A DNA stretch of 64,000 nt from Elusimicrobiota bacterium (GCA_041694815.1 JBGFSC010000007.1:32001-96000), one strand, 5' to 3'. Shown: positions 46,166 to 56,340, numbered from the stretch's first letter. Made by a program: numbers and translations. The notes: generated by a model from the sequence alone, not told the origin.

Positions 46166-48739
46166 ATGCCGTCGGCGGCCGAAGCAAGACTCGATACCCC
46201 CCTGATGCGGCAGTACCAGGCCTTGAAGGCCTCCTACCCCCACGCGCTGCTGTTTTTTAGGCTCGGCGATTTCTACGAGATGTTCCATGACGACGCCAAG
46301 AACGCCAGCGCCGCCATCGGCCTGACGCTCACCGCCCGCCAGGGCGTGCCCATGTGCGGGGTGCCCGCGCATTCCTGCTCCGGCTACATCGCGCGTCTGC
46401 TGAAGGCCGGCTACAAGGTGGCCATCGCCGACCAGATGGAGGAGGCCGGCAAGGGCCTGGTGCGCCGCGAGGTGACCCGGCTGATCACCCCCGGCACCGT
46501 CGTCGAGGACGAATTGCTGGAGGCCGCCGCGTCCAATTACCTAGCCGCCCTCGAGTTCGACAGCGTCGGCTGGGGCCTGGCCTGCGTCGATGTCTCCACC
46601 GGCGAGTTCTGGGCCACCCAGGCGATCAACGACGCCGGGGCGCGGGCGCTGCTCGGGCTCTTGTCCAAGACCGGGCCGGCCGAGCTGCTCGTGGCCCCGC
46701 CGGCCGCCAAGGCCTTGGACCTTCGCTCCGCCTTAAGCGAGAAGACGGCCGTCACCCTCTACGAGCCGCCGAGCGGCCCCGCCCCCGACTGGCAGGAGGA
46801 GCCCCTCTGGCGCAACCGGCACCTGGCCCGCCGCGCCGCCGCCACGGCCCACGCCTACGTCCGGGACACCCAATCGCATCTGGCCTCGATGCTTACCCCT
46901 TCCTACCGGGAGGCTCAGGCCGAGATGCAGCTCGATGAGAACGCCATCCGCACCCTGGAGCTCGTCTCCTCGCCGCACGGGCGGCGCAACACGCTCTGGG
47001 GCACGCTCGACCGCTGCCGCACCCCGATGGGCAGCCGCTTATTGCGGCGCTGGGTCCTGCACCCCTCCACCGATATCCGCGAAATCGAGCGCCGGCAGAA
47101 CTCCGTCGAGGAATTGATCGAAAAAAGCGCGGCCCGCGGGAACCTCGGCAACGTGCTCGCCGACGTCGCCGACATCGAACGCCTGGTCTCCCGCCTGGCC
47201 ACCCGCTCGGGCGCGCCGCGCGATTTGGCCGCCCTGCGCGACTCGCTGGGTCAATGGCCCCGGCTACGCGCCTGGCTGGCCGACTCGGAGTTCTGTTCGG
47301 GGCTTAAGACCCTCGCCTCGGCCCTTCAGGAGGCTTCCCGGCCCGTCTTGCCCCTGCACGCGGAGCTCATGAGGGCCTTAAGCGACCGACCCCCGGCGCG
47401 GGCCTCCGACGGGGGGGTCATCCGCCCGGGCTACGACGCCGAGCTCGATGAGATCCGCGCCATCAAGGCCGACAGCCAGAAATTCCTGGGCGCGCTCGAG
47501 GCGCGCGAGCGCGCCTCGACCGGGATCGGGTCGCTTAAGGTCGGCTACAACTCGGTGTTCGGCTACTACATCGAGGTGACCCGGCCTCATCTCTCCAAGG
47601 TTCCCCCCTCCTACACGCGCAAGCAGACCTTGGCCAACGCCGAGCGCTTCATCACCGGCGAGCTCAAGGAGATGGAGTCCAAGATACTCGGCGCCGAGGA
47701 GCGCATGCTGCGCCTGGAGTCGAGGCTCTTCGAGGAGCTGCGCCTGCGGGTCGTATCGCGGCACGCCGCCCTCTCCGCCCTGGCCGGGCTGCTCGCCGAG
47801 CTCGACGCTCTCAACGCCTTGGCCGACATAGCCGCCGCCAACGATTACGTCAAGCCGCGCGTCGAGCTCTCGCATGTCCTGAGGATCGAGGACGGCCGCC
47901 ACCCCGTGGTTGAAAACAGCGTGCCCGCCGGCTCCTTCGTGCCCAACTCGATAGCGCTCGATGGGGACGAGGCGCAGATACTCGTGCTCACCGGCCCCAA
48001 CATGGGGGGCAAGAGCACCTTCCTGCGACAGAACGCCCTCATCGCCCTCATGGCTCAGATGGGCGGCTTCGTGCCGGCCAAGTCGGCCACGATCGGCATC
48101 GTCGACAAGATCCTCACGCGCATCGGCTCGCAGGACGCGCTACCCAAGGGCGAGTCGACCTTCATGGTCGAGATGAACGAGACCTCCCAGATACTCAAGT
48201 CCGCCACGCCGCGCAGCCTCGTGGTGCTCGACGAGGTGGGCCGTGGCACCTCGACCTTCGACGGCATCTCCATCGCCTGGGCCGTGCTCGAGCACCTGCA
48301 GGCAGCCTACCGGCCGCCGGAGCCGGCCCCGGGGTCCCCCCGCGGGCCGCGCACCCTGTTCGCCACCCACTACTTCGAGCTCACTCGCCTAGCCGAGCTG
48401 CTGCCGGGCGTGCGCAACGCCAACGTCCAGGCCCGCGAGTGGCTCAACGCCTCGGGGCACACCGACGTCGTCTTCCTGCACAAGATCGCCGACGGCCCGG
48501 CCGACCGCTCCTTCGGCATCCACGTGGCCAAGCTCGCGGGGCTGCCCGAGCCCTGCCTCCGTCGCGCCCGCGAGATACTCGCCGGGCTCGAGGGCCAATC
48601 GAAGGCCCCCGCCCAGGAGCCGCGGCTGCCCCTCTTCGAGGACCACGCGGTGCTGCAGGAGATGCGCCTCCTCGACTGCGACGAGATCACGCCGGTCGAG
48701 GCCCTGCGGAAGCTAGCGGAATGGAAAAAGAAGCTCTAG
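46166..48739 (+). CDS. mutS: DNA mismatch repair protein MutS
   Basis: TPLMRQY, FRLGDFYEMF, TGPNMGGKST, GESTFMVEM, DEVGRGTST, FATHYFELT. Confidence 0.98.
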   Translation: MPSAAEARLDTPLMRQYQALKASYPHALLFFRLGDFYEMFHDDAKNASAAIGLTLTARQGVPMCGVPAHSCSGYIARLLKAGYKVAIADQMEEAGKGLVRREVTRLITPGTVVEDELLEAAASNYLAALEFDSVGWGLACVDVSTGEFWATQAINDAGARALLGLLSKTGPAELLVAPPAAKALDLRSALSEKTAVTLYEPPSGPAPDWQEEPLWRNRHLARRAAATAHAYVRDTQSHLASMLTPSYREAQAEMQLDENAIRTLELVSSPHGRRNTLWGTLDRCRTPMGSRLLRRWVLHPSTDIREIERRQNSVEELIEKSAARGNLGNVLADVADIERLVSRLATRSGAPRDLAALRDSLGQWPRLRAWLADSEFCSGLKTLASALQEASRPVLPLHAELMRALSDRPPARASDGGVIRPGYDAELDEIRAIKADSQKFLGALEARERASTGIGSLKVGYNSVFGYYIEVTRPHLSKVPPSYTRKQTLANAERFITGELKEMESKILGAEERMLRLESRLFEELRLRVVSRHAALSALAGLLAELDALNALADIAAANDYVKPRVELSHVLRIEDGRHPVVENSVPAGSFVPNSIALDGDEAQILVLTGPNMGGKSTFLRQNALIALMAQMGGFVPAKSATIGIVDKILTRIGSQDALPKGESTFMVEMNETSQILKSATPRSLVVLDEVGRGTSTFDGISIAWAVLEHLQAAYRPPEPAPGSPRGPRTLFATHYFELTRLAELLPGVRNANVQAREWLNASGHTDVVFLHKIADGPADRSFGIHVAKLAGLPEPCLRRAREILAGLEGQSKAPAQEPRLPLFEDHAVLQEMRLLDCDEITPVEALRKLAEWKKKL

Positions 48740-50496
48740 CCGCGTCACGAATCCGCCGCCTCCCCCCCGCGGTCGCCAGCCTCATCGCCGCCGGGGAGGT
48801 GATCGAGCGCCCCGCCTCCGTCTTAAAGGAGCTCCTCGAGAACTCCCTCGACGCCGGGGCTTCCCGCATCCGCGTCGAGGCCCAGGCCGCGGGCCGGAAG
48901 CTGCTTCGGGTCTCCGACGACGGCTCCGGCATGGGCCCCGAGGATTGCCGCCTGGCCTTCGAGCGCCACGCCACCAGCAAGATCCGGAGCCTGGAGGATT
49001 TGGGTCGCTTGAGCAGCTTCGGCTTCCGCGGCGAGGCGCTATTTGCCATCGCGGCGGTCAGCCGCTGCTCCATCACGAGCACGCCCCGCTCAGGCTCCGT
49101 GGGCTGGACCGTGCAGGTCGAGGGGGGCAAGACCCGGGCCGACCGCGAGGCCCCTCCCGCCCCCGGCACCGTCGTCGAGGTCAAGGACCTTTTCTTCAAT
49201 ACCCCCGCGCGGGCTAAGTTCCTCAAGTCCGACCCGTCAGAGAAAAGCCACCTGACCCGAGTCGTCGAGGAGGCCGCCCTAGCCAACCCCCAGACGGCCT
49301 TCCAGTACAAGTCGGACAAGCGAGGCGTACTGGATCTGGCCGCCTGCGGCGGTCCCGTCCAGTCCCGCGCGCTGGGTCGCGTGCGCGACGTGCTGGGCGC
49401 AGGCCTTTGCGACGGGCTGCTCAGCGTGGCCGAGTCGAGGCCCGGCTTGTCGCTGCGCGCCTACGCGTCCGCGCCCGACCGGCTGAACCCGACGCGCCAT
49501 TTCCAATTCTGGTTTCTCAATCGCCGGCCCATTTCCAGCCGCCTGCTGCAGCAGGCGCTATATCGCGCCTACGAGCCTTTCCGGTCGGGGGAACGGCATC
49601 CCGCCGGCGTGTTCTTCCTCGAAATGCCTGCCGACCGCTTCGACGTGAACGTGCACCCGGCCAAGCGCGAGGTGCGCTTCCGCCATGAGCGCGAGCTCTA
49701 CGAGGCGATCGCCGGGGCCCTATCGGCCGTGCTGCTCAAGTCCAAGGGAATTCCCGCCCTGGCCCGCGCGCCGCGCGCGGCCCCGGCCGAGACGCGCGAG
49801 GTCGTCGCCGCGTACCAGATATCGGGAGCCGGCGCCTCCGCGGTGGGCGAAGCCCCCCTGGAACTCGGCCTGGAGGCCCCAACGCCGGCCGAGGCCCCCC
49901 GCTGGTACACGCCCCCTTTCCGCTTCCTCGGCCAGATCGAGCAGGCCTACCTGGTGTTTGAGGCCGCCGGCGGCATATTGCTCGTCGACCAGCACGCCGC
50001 GCAGGAACGCATATTATTTGAGCGCTACCAGGCCGAGCTTGAGTCCGGCGCGCCCGGCCAGCGCCTGATGCTGCCCGTTTCCATCGAGCTACCCGCCTCG
50101 CAGGTCCAGAGCATACTCGCGCGCTCCGAAAGGCTGCGCCGGGCCGGCTTCGAGCTGGAGCCTTTCGGCAAGACCACGCTCCAGGTGACCGCCGCTCCGG
50201 CCGCCTTCGCCAAGGCGGCGGATCTAAGGGAGATGGTCCACCGCCTGCTCGACCACCTGCAATCGGTGCCCGAGGCCGCCTCGAGCGTTCGGCAGGAGGC
50301 CTTGGCCACCATCGCCTGCAAGGCGGCGGTCAAGGCGCATGACCGGCTCGGCGCGGCCGAGGCGGCGGCCCTGCTCGAGGATCTGCGGGACTGCCGCGAT
50401 GGCAGCGCCTGCCCCCACGGCCGCCCGTCCATGATCTCGCTGTCGCGCGACGAGTTGGCCCGCCGCTTCAAGCGCCCCGGCCCCCCGCCGTTGTGA
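48721..50496 (+). CDS. mutL: DNA mismatch repair endonuclease MutL
   Basis: Likely start ATG 48721; IAAGEVIERPASVLKELLENSLDAG, GFRGEAL, DVNVHPAKREV, DQHAAQER, CPHGRP. Confidence 0.97.
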   Translation: MEKEALAASRIRRLPPAVASLIAAGEVIERPASVLKELLENSLDAGASRIRVEAQAAGRKLLRVSDDGSGMGPEDCRLAFERHATSKIRSLEDLGRLSSFGFRGEALFAIAAVSRCSITSTPRSGSVGWTVQVEGGKTRADREAPPAPGTVVEVKDLFFNTPARAKFLKSDPSEKSHLTRVVEEAALANPQTAFQYKSDKRGVLDLAACGGPVQSRALGRVRDVLGAGLCDGLLSVAESRPGLSLRAYASAPDRLNPTRHFQFWFLNRRPISSRLLQQALYRAYEPFRSGERHPAGVFFLEMPADRFDVNVHPAKREVRFRHERELYEAIAGALSAVLLKSKGIPALARAPRAAPAETREVVAAYQISGAGASAVGEAPLELGLEAPTPAEAPRWYTPPFRFLGQIEQAYLVFEAAGGILLVDQHAAQERILFERYQAELESGAPGQRLMLPVSIELPASQVQSILARSERLRRAGFELEPFGKTTLQVTAAPAAFAKAADLREMVHRLLDHLQSVPEAASSVRQEALATIACKAAVKAHDRLGAAEAAALLEDLRDCRDGSACPHGRPSMISLSRDELARRFKRPGPPPL

Positions 50497-50532
50497 CGAT
50501 CGCTTGACGGCAATTAGTACTATAATGGGAAA

Positions 50533-51606
50533 GTGCAAGCGATCGAGTTCGATCCGCTCTTCAACATCAGCCTTTACGTCAGCGTCCTGCTCGCCTGGCT
50601 GGTGCTGCTCATCACGGCGGCGCTGGTCGTCTCCAAGATAACCCGCCGCCTCTGGCAAAGATACTCCGAGCGCCGCCAGGCCTTCTACCTTCCTTTGATA
50701 CTGAAGGCCGTCGCCGAGGAAGGTTCGGTCGAGTTGATGCCGCGCTCCACTTACCGCTGGGGCGATCGCGGCATCGTGGAGGCGGCGCTCTTGCAGTGGA
50801 CGCAGACCTTAAGCGGCTTCGGCCTGGAGCGCATTAGCCGCATCTTCGAGGAGGCGGGCTTCGCCGACGAGGAGATTCGCCGGCTCAAGGATTGGCGCTG
50901 GTGGGCGCGGGCGCGGGCGGCCAAGCGGCTCGGCACCATGAATTGCGCCAAGGCCTCCGAGGCCCTGATCCGGGCCCTGAAGGACCCCGTCATCGAGGTG
51001 CGCCTCGTCTGCGCCTGGGCCCTGGGACGGCTGGGAAGGCTGGAGGCGGTCGAGCCCATGATGCAGGCCCTGGCCCCCCATTCGCGGCTGGGAGCGCTGA
51101 GCCTGACCCATGTCATCTTGCAGATGGGACCGCGCACGGCGCCGGTACTCGAGCGCATGCTGGGCCAGGGCGACCCCGCGGCCCAGGCCCTGGCCATACG
51201 CCTGCTGGGGGATCTCAAGGACCAGGCGGCGCTGCCCTTGCTGCTCCCCTTCGTCGGCTCCGACAGCCTGGAGCTGCGCATCGCCGCCTGCCGGGCTATC
51301 GGCGTGCTCGGCCAGGAGCAGGGTTGGGAGGCCATGCTCGGCGCCCTCGAGGACACGGCCTGGGAGGTGCGCGCACGCGCGGCATGGTCCTTGGGCATGC
51401 TCAAGGTCCCGGCGAGCGCCGCGGCGTTGGCGGCGGCCTTGGGCGACCGCTCCTGGTGGGTGCGGGTCAACGCCGGCGAGGCCTTGGCCCGGATGGGAGA
51501 GCGGGGTCGCGAGGCTCTCGAGCGGGCCCTCTCGCATCAGGACCGATTCGCGCGGGACATGGCCGCCCAATGGCTCGAGGAGTTGGCCTTGGGGAAGGTC
51601 CATTGA
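50533..51606 (+). CDS. Membrane-anchored HEAT repeat protein
   Basis: N-terminal TM; repeats such as 'WEVRARAAWSLG', 'WWVRVNAGEALA'. Confidence 0.85.
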   Translation: MQAIEFDPLFNISLYVSVLLAWLVLLITAALVVSKITRRLWQRYSERRQAFYLPLILKAVAEEGSVELMPRSTYRWGDRGIVEAALLQWTQTLSGFGLERISRIFEEAGFADEEIRRLKDWRWWARARAAKRLGTMNCAKASEALIRALKDPVIEVRLVCAWALGRLGRLEAVEPMMQALAPHSRLGALSLTHVILQMGPRTAPVLERMLGQGDPAAQALAIRLLGDLKDQAALPLLLPFVGSDSLELRIAACRAIGVLGQEQGWEAMLGALEDTAWEVRARAAWSLGMLKVPASAAALAAALGDRSWWVRVNAGEALARMGERGREALERALSHQDRFARDMAAQWLEELALGKVH

Positions 51607-53024
51607 ACTGGCTGCGCCTGGCCTTAGGCGAGATCCAGCGCGGGATCCTGATCTATTTCCTGGGCCTCAACGCCCTCTACTTCGTGCTGGTGCTCATCTC
51701 CATCTTCGCCATACTGCGCTACATGCGCGCGATGAGCTACCGCAACCTGCAGGAGGTGCTCAAGTCCAAGCTGGCTCCGCCCATCTCCGTGATCATCCCG
51801 GCCCATAACGAGTCGGCCGGCATCGTCTCGGCCGTCAAATCCATCTTCCAGCTCAACTACCCGGAGTTCGAGATCATCGTCGTCAACGACGGCTCCACCG
51901 ACGACACGCTCGAAAAGCTCGTCCGAGCCTTCCGGCTGCGAAAGACCAAGCGCGTCTACCACAAGAGCCTGCCCACCCGGGACGTGCGCGGCATCTACGC
52001 CTCGCGGATGGCCGCGCCATGGGCCGAGCTCGTCGTCGTCGATAAGGAAAACGGGGGCAAGGCCGACGCGCTCAACGCGGGGGTCAACGTCTCCCGCTAC
52101 CCGCTCTTCTGCTCGGTCGACGCCGACTCAATGCTCGAGCGCGACTCGCTCCTGCGCGTGGCCATGCCCTTCATGGAGCGCGGCGACATCGTCGGGGTGG
52201 GAGGCATCGTGCGCGTGGCCAACGGCTGCTTCATCTCCCAGGGGGTCGTGCGCTCCATCGGCCTGCCCAATCAATGGCTGCCCTGCTTCCAGGCCGTCGA
52301 GTACCTGCGGGCCTTCCTCTCGGGGCGCATCGCCTGGGCCAGCCTAAGAAGCCTGCTGGTGATCTCGGGGGCCTTTAGCCTGTTCAAGAAATCCGCCGTG
52401 GTGGAGGTCGGCGGCTACGATCGGGACACCGTCGGCGAGGACATGGAGCTCGTCGTTCGCCTGCGGCACGCGCTCAAGCCCCTGGGCAAGCCCAGCGAGG
52501 TCGACTTCGTCCCCGACCCGGTCTGCTGGACCGAGGTCCCCGAGAATCTGCGGACGCTATGGCGCCAGCGCAACCGCTGGCATCGCGGGCTGGCCCAATG
52601 CCTCTACCGGCACCGGGGCATGACGTTCAACCCCCGCTACGGCGTCATCGGGCTCGTGGCGGCCCCCTATTTCTGGATCGCGGAGCTGCTGAGCCCCGTC
52701 ATCGAAATCGCCGGCTATTTCGTCTTCTTCCTCTCGCTGCTCTTGGGCTCGTTGCAATGGAAGGCCTTCGCGGCGTTTTTGCTGCTCTCGGTAATGATGG
52801 GTATCAACCTCTCGCTGTTCGCGGTGGTGCTCGAGGAGTTCACCCTGCACCGCTACCCGCGGGTACGCGACTTCCTGCGCCTGCTCGCCGGGGCGGTATT
52901 CGAGAACATCGGATACCGCCAGATCACCACACTGGCGAGGCTCGACGGCATCCTGGACAATTTCCGCCAGCAGTACGCCGAATGGGGGACGATTGAACGC
53001 AAGGGCCTGGATACTGCCGCTTAG
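51603..53024 (+). CDS. Processive GT2 synthase (PgaC/IcaA-like)
   Basis: Probable TTG start at 51603; VNDGSTD, GGKADALN, VDADS, GEDMEL, QRNRW (QxxRW). Confidence 0.9.
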   Translation: MNWLRLALGEIQRGILIYFLGLNALYFVLVLISIFAILRYMRAMSYRNLQEVLKSKLAPPISVIIPAHNESAGIVSAVKSIFQLNYPEFEIIVVNDGSTDDTLEKLVRAFRLRKTKRVYHKSLPTRDVRGIYASRMAAPWAELVVVDKENGGKADALNAGVNVSRYPLFCSVDADSMLERDSLLRVAMPFMERGDIVGVGGIVRVANGCFISQGVVRSIGLPNQWLPCFQAVEYLRAFLSGRIAWASLRSLLVISGAFSLFKKSAVVEVGGYDRDTVGEDMELVVRLRHALKPLGKPSEVDFVPDPVCWTEVPENLRTLWRQRNRWHRGLAQCLYRHRGMTFNPRYGVIGLVAAPYFWIAELLSPVIEIAGYFVFFLSLLLGSLQWKAFAAFLLLSVMMGINLSLFAVVLEEFTLHRYPRVRDFLRLLAGAVFENIGYRQITTLARLDGILDNFRQQYAEWGTIERKGLDTAA

Positions 53025-53769
53025 TCTGCTCTCGGCCGCGCCGGCGGCGGCGCAGTCGCGCATCGACGCGGGAGCCGCCGTCGAGGATTACAGCTTCTTT
53101 AAGGCCGCCGGCGTCAATACCTGGACCCAGGGCCTCTTCCGCGGGCGCGACGGGCGTTTCGGGATACTGGCGGGGCAATCGACGCTTAGGCGCTTCGGCT
53201 TCACCGACTCGCAAGGGAGCCTAGGCGGCGTCGCCCGATTATCGGCGCGCGGCAGCGTCGAGGCGAAGCTGAGCATCGCCCCCGAGGCGCAGATCCTGCC
53301 GCAATGGGCCGTCGACGCGCTGGCCTACCAGGGCTTACCTAGGGCCATGACGCTGACGCCGGGCTATCGCTTTTCGCGCTACGCCATCGCGGATGTGCAT
53401 ACCTGGAGCCTCGGCTGGGAATGGGAGAACCGCCGCCTCTCCGTCACGCTGCGGCCGTACCTGAGCTTGAATTATTTCCGGCAAGGGCCCGTCGGCGGCA
53501 GGGCCTATCCGGCCTTTTTCGCGGAGCTGCGCGTCCCCCTGTCCTCGGGCATACTCCTCGCGCCTTCCTACGCCTGGCGCGAGGAGGCCTTCCAGGCGGG
53601 AGCCCCGGGACGCTTCTCCATGGGAAGCTTCAAGGCTCACACGGGACGTATCGAGGCGCGATTGCCCTTCGGCGAGCCGTTTTTGCTGCGCCTGGCCTGG
53701 TCGTACGAGGGGCGCATCCCGATGGCCTACCTGCGCCAATACGAGGCCGGGCTCACCCTATTCTTCTAG
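52993..53769 (+). CDS. Outer-membrane beta-barrel protein (YaiO-like)
   Basis: Signal peptide; 'RRFGFTDSQ', 'ILPQW'; C-terminal YEAGLTLFF. Confidence 0.65.
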   Translation: MNARAWILPLSLLSAAPAAAQSRIDAGAAVEDYSFFKAAGVNTWTQGLFRGRDGRFGILAGQSTLRRFGFTDSQGSLGGVARLSARGSVEAKLSIAPEAQILPQWAVDALAYQGLPRAMTLTPGYRFSRYAIADVHTWSLGWEWENRRLSVTLRPYLSLNYFRQGPVGGRAYPAFFAELRVPLSSGILLAPSYAWREEAFQAGAPGRFSMGSFKAHTGRIEARLPFGEPFLLRLAWSYEGRIPMAYLRQYEAGLTLFF

Positions 53770-53796
53770 ACTGATCTCGTAGGTCGTTTTTGGGCC

Positions 53797-53824
53797 TTGA
53801 CTTTAACCGGCCCGGAGGTATACT
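53797..53824 (+). promoter_or_regulatory. Orphan sigma70-like promoter
   Basis: TTGACT, 16 nt spacer, TATACT; no + strand CDS follows. Confidence 0.5.
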
Positions 53825-53852
53825 AGCGGATGTCGCCGTAGTAGAAGTGAGC

Positions 53853-53915
53853 ACGAGTTTCGGGGCCCAAAAACGCTCGATTGATCGAGGCCAGTTTTCG
53901 GGCCCCCCTCGTTTT
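53853..53915 (+). terminator. Long hairpin with short T-tract between convergent genes
   Basis: acgag..ggggccc.aaaac.ctcgat / atcgag..gtttt.gggcccc.ctcgt followed by ttt. Confidence 0.55.
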
Positions 53916-54865
53916 CAGCGCAAAAGTTTCTTAAGCCAGAGCGGGGCGAGCAGGGTCGTGAAGGCGATCATACCAAGCAACGCGGCGTAGAGCGACGCGC
54001 CCAAGCTTTGCGCGGCAAGCCCCGCCTGGGCGAAGATAAGCCCCACCTCGCCGCGCGGCACCATGCCCACGCCGATGGCCCAGCGGTTGAGCCCCTGGCC
54101 CCGCGCCGCCCAGCCGCTGGCCAGCTTGCCGAACACCGCGGCGGCCGTAAGCAGCAGGCATAGGAGCAGGGTCCGGGCCAGGCCGTCTCCCGGGGGGAGG
54201 GTGCCCATCTGAGCGCCGGCCATGACGAAAAAGAAAGGGGCCAAGCGCTTCTCGAGCGGCAGCATCAGCCAGGCGATCGGCTTCCCCCAGCCCCTGGCGG
54301 AAAGCCAGAGTCCTAGCGCGAAGGCCGCGACGATGCCGAAGCCGCCAAAGGAGGCTCCGGGCAAAAACAGCAGGAGCAGCAGGGCCAGCACGTCGTCGAT
54401 GACGGCCGCGCCCAGGATGATCTCCGACTCGGGCAGGTGCAGACAATCAAGGTCAAGCAGCACCCGGACGGTCACGCCCACGCTGGTCGCCGTCAACGCC
54501 GCGCCGGTAAACAGCGCGGCCGCGCCGCCGTAGCCCCAGGCCAGAACGAGGGCCGATCCCAACAGGAAGGGCAAGAGCATCCCGCAGAGCGCCACGGCCA
54601 TGGCCGCCGGCCCGGCCTGCTTGAGCCCCTTCCAGTCGCTCTCCATTCCGGCCCGAAAGAGCAAGAGCAGCACGCCCCAGTGGGCCAGCGTGCTCAGCAC
54701 CGGGTCGTCGGGCTTAAAAACCCCGCGCAGGCCCAGGGCGAGCAGAACCCCGCCCAGCAACTCGCCGACGACGGCCGGCTGCCCCATCTTTTCGGCCAAG
54801 GCGCCCATCGCCCAAGCGGCGGCCAGGACCAGCGCCAGGTCGAGCAGTATCTGGAATAGGCTCAT
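53915..54865 (-). CDS. Cation:proton antiporter (CPA2 family), unusually short
   Basis: QPAVVGELLGG, LLLFRAGMESD, ATSVGVT, GAAVIDDV, GMVPRGEVGLIFA. Confidence 0.85.
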   Translation of the reverse strand: MSLFQILLDLALVLAAAWAMGALAEKMGQPAVVGELLGGVLLALGLRGVFKPDDPVLSTLAHWGVLLLLFRAGMESDWKGLKQAGPAAMAVALCGMLLPFLLGSALVLAWGYGGAAALFTGAALTATSVGVTVRVLLDLDCLHLPESEIILGAAVIDDVLALLLLLFLPGASFGGFGIVAAFALGLWLSARGWGKPIAWLMLPLEKRLAPFFFVMAGAQMGTLPPGDGLARTLLLCLLLTAAAVFGKLASGWAARGQGLNRWAIGVGMVPRGEVGLIFAQAGLAAQSLGASLYAALLGMIAFTTLLAPLWLKKLLR

Positions 54866-54889
54866 GGCACCGATGATATTAAATCTCGG

Positions 54890-55228
54890 CTACTTGCGGC
54901 GAAACTTGAGTATCTGTTCGACGAGGCTTAAGATATCGGCGACGTTCTTGCGCGATTCGCCGCGGATGAGTCGGGCGAAGCTGCGCATGGCGACGGCGTC
55001 GTCAAGTTTCTTTTGCCCGTCGCGTGCGTCGACCTTGACAAGGTCGGAGACGGGCAATTCCAGGGCGACGGCGAGCTTATCGAGCGTCTCCAGGGTGGGC
55101 CTGCGGTTTCCGCTTTCGATGTAGGCGAGGTAGCTGGTGCTGATGCCGGCCTTCTCGGCCAGCTGTTCGATGGAAAGATGGGCGGCCTTGCGCTTTTGAC
55201 GAATCCGCTGCGCGATCAGCCGTATCAT
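54890..55228 (-). CDS. XRE-family HTH regulator
   Basis: IRQKRKAAHLSIEQLAEKAGISTSYLAYIESGNRRPTLETLDKLA. Confidence 0.9.
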   Translation of the reverse strand: MIRLIAQRIRQKRKAAHLSIEQLAEKAGISTSYLAYIESGNRRPTLETLDKLAVALELPVSDLVKVDARDGQKKLDDAVAMRSFARLIRGESRKNVADILSLVEQILKFRRK

Positions 55229-55344
55229 GACAGCCAGATTCTAGCTATTCTTTTTAGACTTCTAACATGGACTCGCGGTGATTCCTTTTTATGACTCACA
55301 GTTAATGCCGGCCGATTAATTTGCTATAAATAGGCGCTCTTACG

Positions 55345-55689
55345 ATGCCTAAGAAAAAAGACGAGGAGAAGGCGGAGTTCTCCTATTCCGTCGACGAGTT
55401 GATCGAGAGCTGGAACCCCGGGGCCCAGCGGCTCTACGGCTATTCCTCCGAGGAGATGATCGGACGCGCCGTCACGCGCCTGATCCCGGACGACAAGCTC
55501 CGGGAATTCGCCGAGCTGCACGGCCGCCTGCTGCGGGGGGACTCCGTCGGCCGTATCGAGACCGTGCACCAGCGCAAGGACGGGACTGCGGTGCCCGTCT
55601 CGCTGGTCGTTTCCGCCGTGCGGGGCGCCAGCGGGCGCCTGGCCGCCGTCGGCATCATCGCCTCCAAGCTCGAGTCCAAGAAAAACTAG
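55345..55689 (+). CDS. Stand-alone PAS domain protein
   Basis: SWNPGAQRLYGYSSEEMIGR...RKDGTAVPVSLVVS. Confidence 0.85.
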   Translation: MPKKKDEEKAEFSYSVDELIESWNPGAQRLYGYSSEEMIGRAVTRLIPDDKLREFAELHGRLLRGDSVGRIETVHQRKDGTAVPVSLVVSAVRGASGRLAAVGIIASKLESKKN

Positions 55690-55709
55690 TGCTGCGACCG
55701 TGGCACTAG

Positions 55710-56294
55710 CTATTTCTTGGCTATGCCCTCGATCTCGAGGGTCACGTCCACCTCGTCGCCGACCATCACGCCGCCGGTCTCCAAGGGCTTGTTCCAGGTC
55801 AGCCCAAAATCCTTGCGGTTGAGCTTAGTCGTGGCCGTGGCGCCGAGCCGCTGGTTGCCCCATGGGTCCTTCACCGTGCCCCCGATCTCGAGGTCTAGCG
55901 TCACGGGCTTGGTCACCCCGTGCAGGGTCAAATCCCCGACCAGCTTGGCCTTGTTACCGTCAGCCTTGAGCACGCGGTTGCTCTTGAACGCGATCGTCGG
56001 GAACTTGTCGACGTCCAGGAAGTCGGCCGAACGCAGGTGCTGGTCGCGCTTCTCGACTCCAGTATTAATGCTCGCAGCGTCGATGAGGGCCTCCACCTTC
56101 CATTCCTTGGGCTTGTCCTTGACGTAGGTGACCGTGCCGCTGAACTTGCCGAAATTGCCGTTGACCCGGCTGACCATCAGGTGCCTCACGCGGAAATTCA
56201 CACCGCTATGGGTGGGGTCTATCTCATAGACCTCCGCGGCCGCCGGGGCCGCCAGAACCGCCGCGCACAACGCCGCCCGCATCCACTGTCTCAT
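55710..56294 (-). CDS. yceI: YceI-family polyisoprenoid-binding protein
   Basis: YEIDPTHSGVNFRVRH, RDQHLRSADFLD, GDLTLHGVTKPV, NRKDFGLTWN. Confidence 0.93.
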   Translation of the reverse strand: MRQWMRAALCAAVLAAPAAAEVYEIDPTHSGVNFRVRHLMVSRVNGNFGKFSGTVTYVKDKPKEWKVEALIDAASINTGVEKRDQHLRSADFLDVDKFPTIAFKSNRVLKADGNKAKLVGDLTLHGVTKPVTLDLEIGGTVKDPWGNQRLGATATTKLNRKDFGLTWNKPLETGGVMVGDEVDVTLEIEGIAKK

Positions 56295-56340
56295 GTTTTC
56301 CTCCAGGAGCCATCCAACATAATATTCCGCTCGCCCCTTG

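Noticed and set aside
50504..50526. Promoter TTGACG...TATAAT
   Set aside because: The spacer is only 11 nt; the -10 may be real but the pair is not a canonical promoter.
55270..55306. C-box-like operator pair (GACTCGCGGTG / GACTCACAGTT) near the XRE gene
   Set aside because: Too degenerate, and no restriction-modification genes are adjacent.
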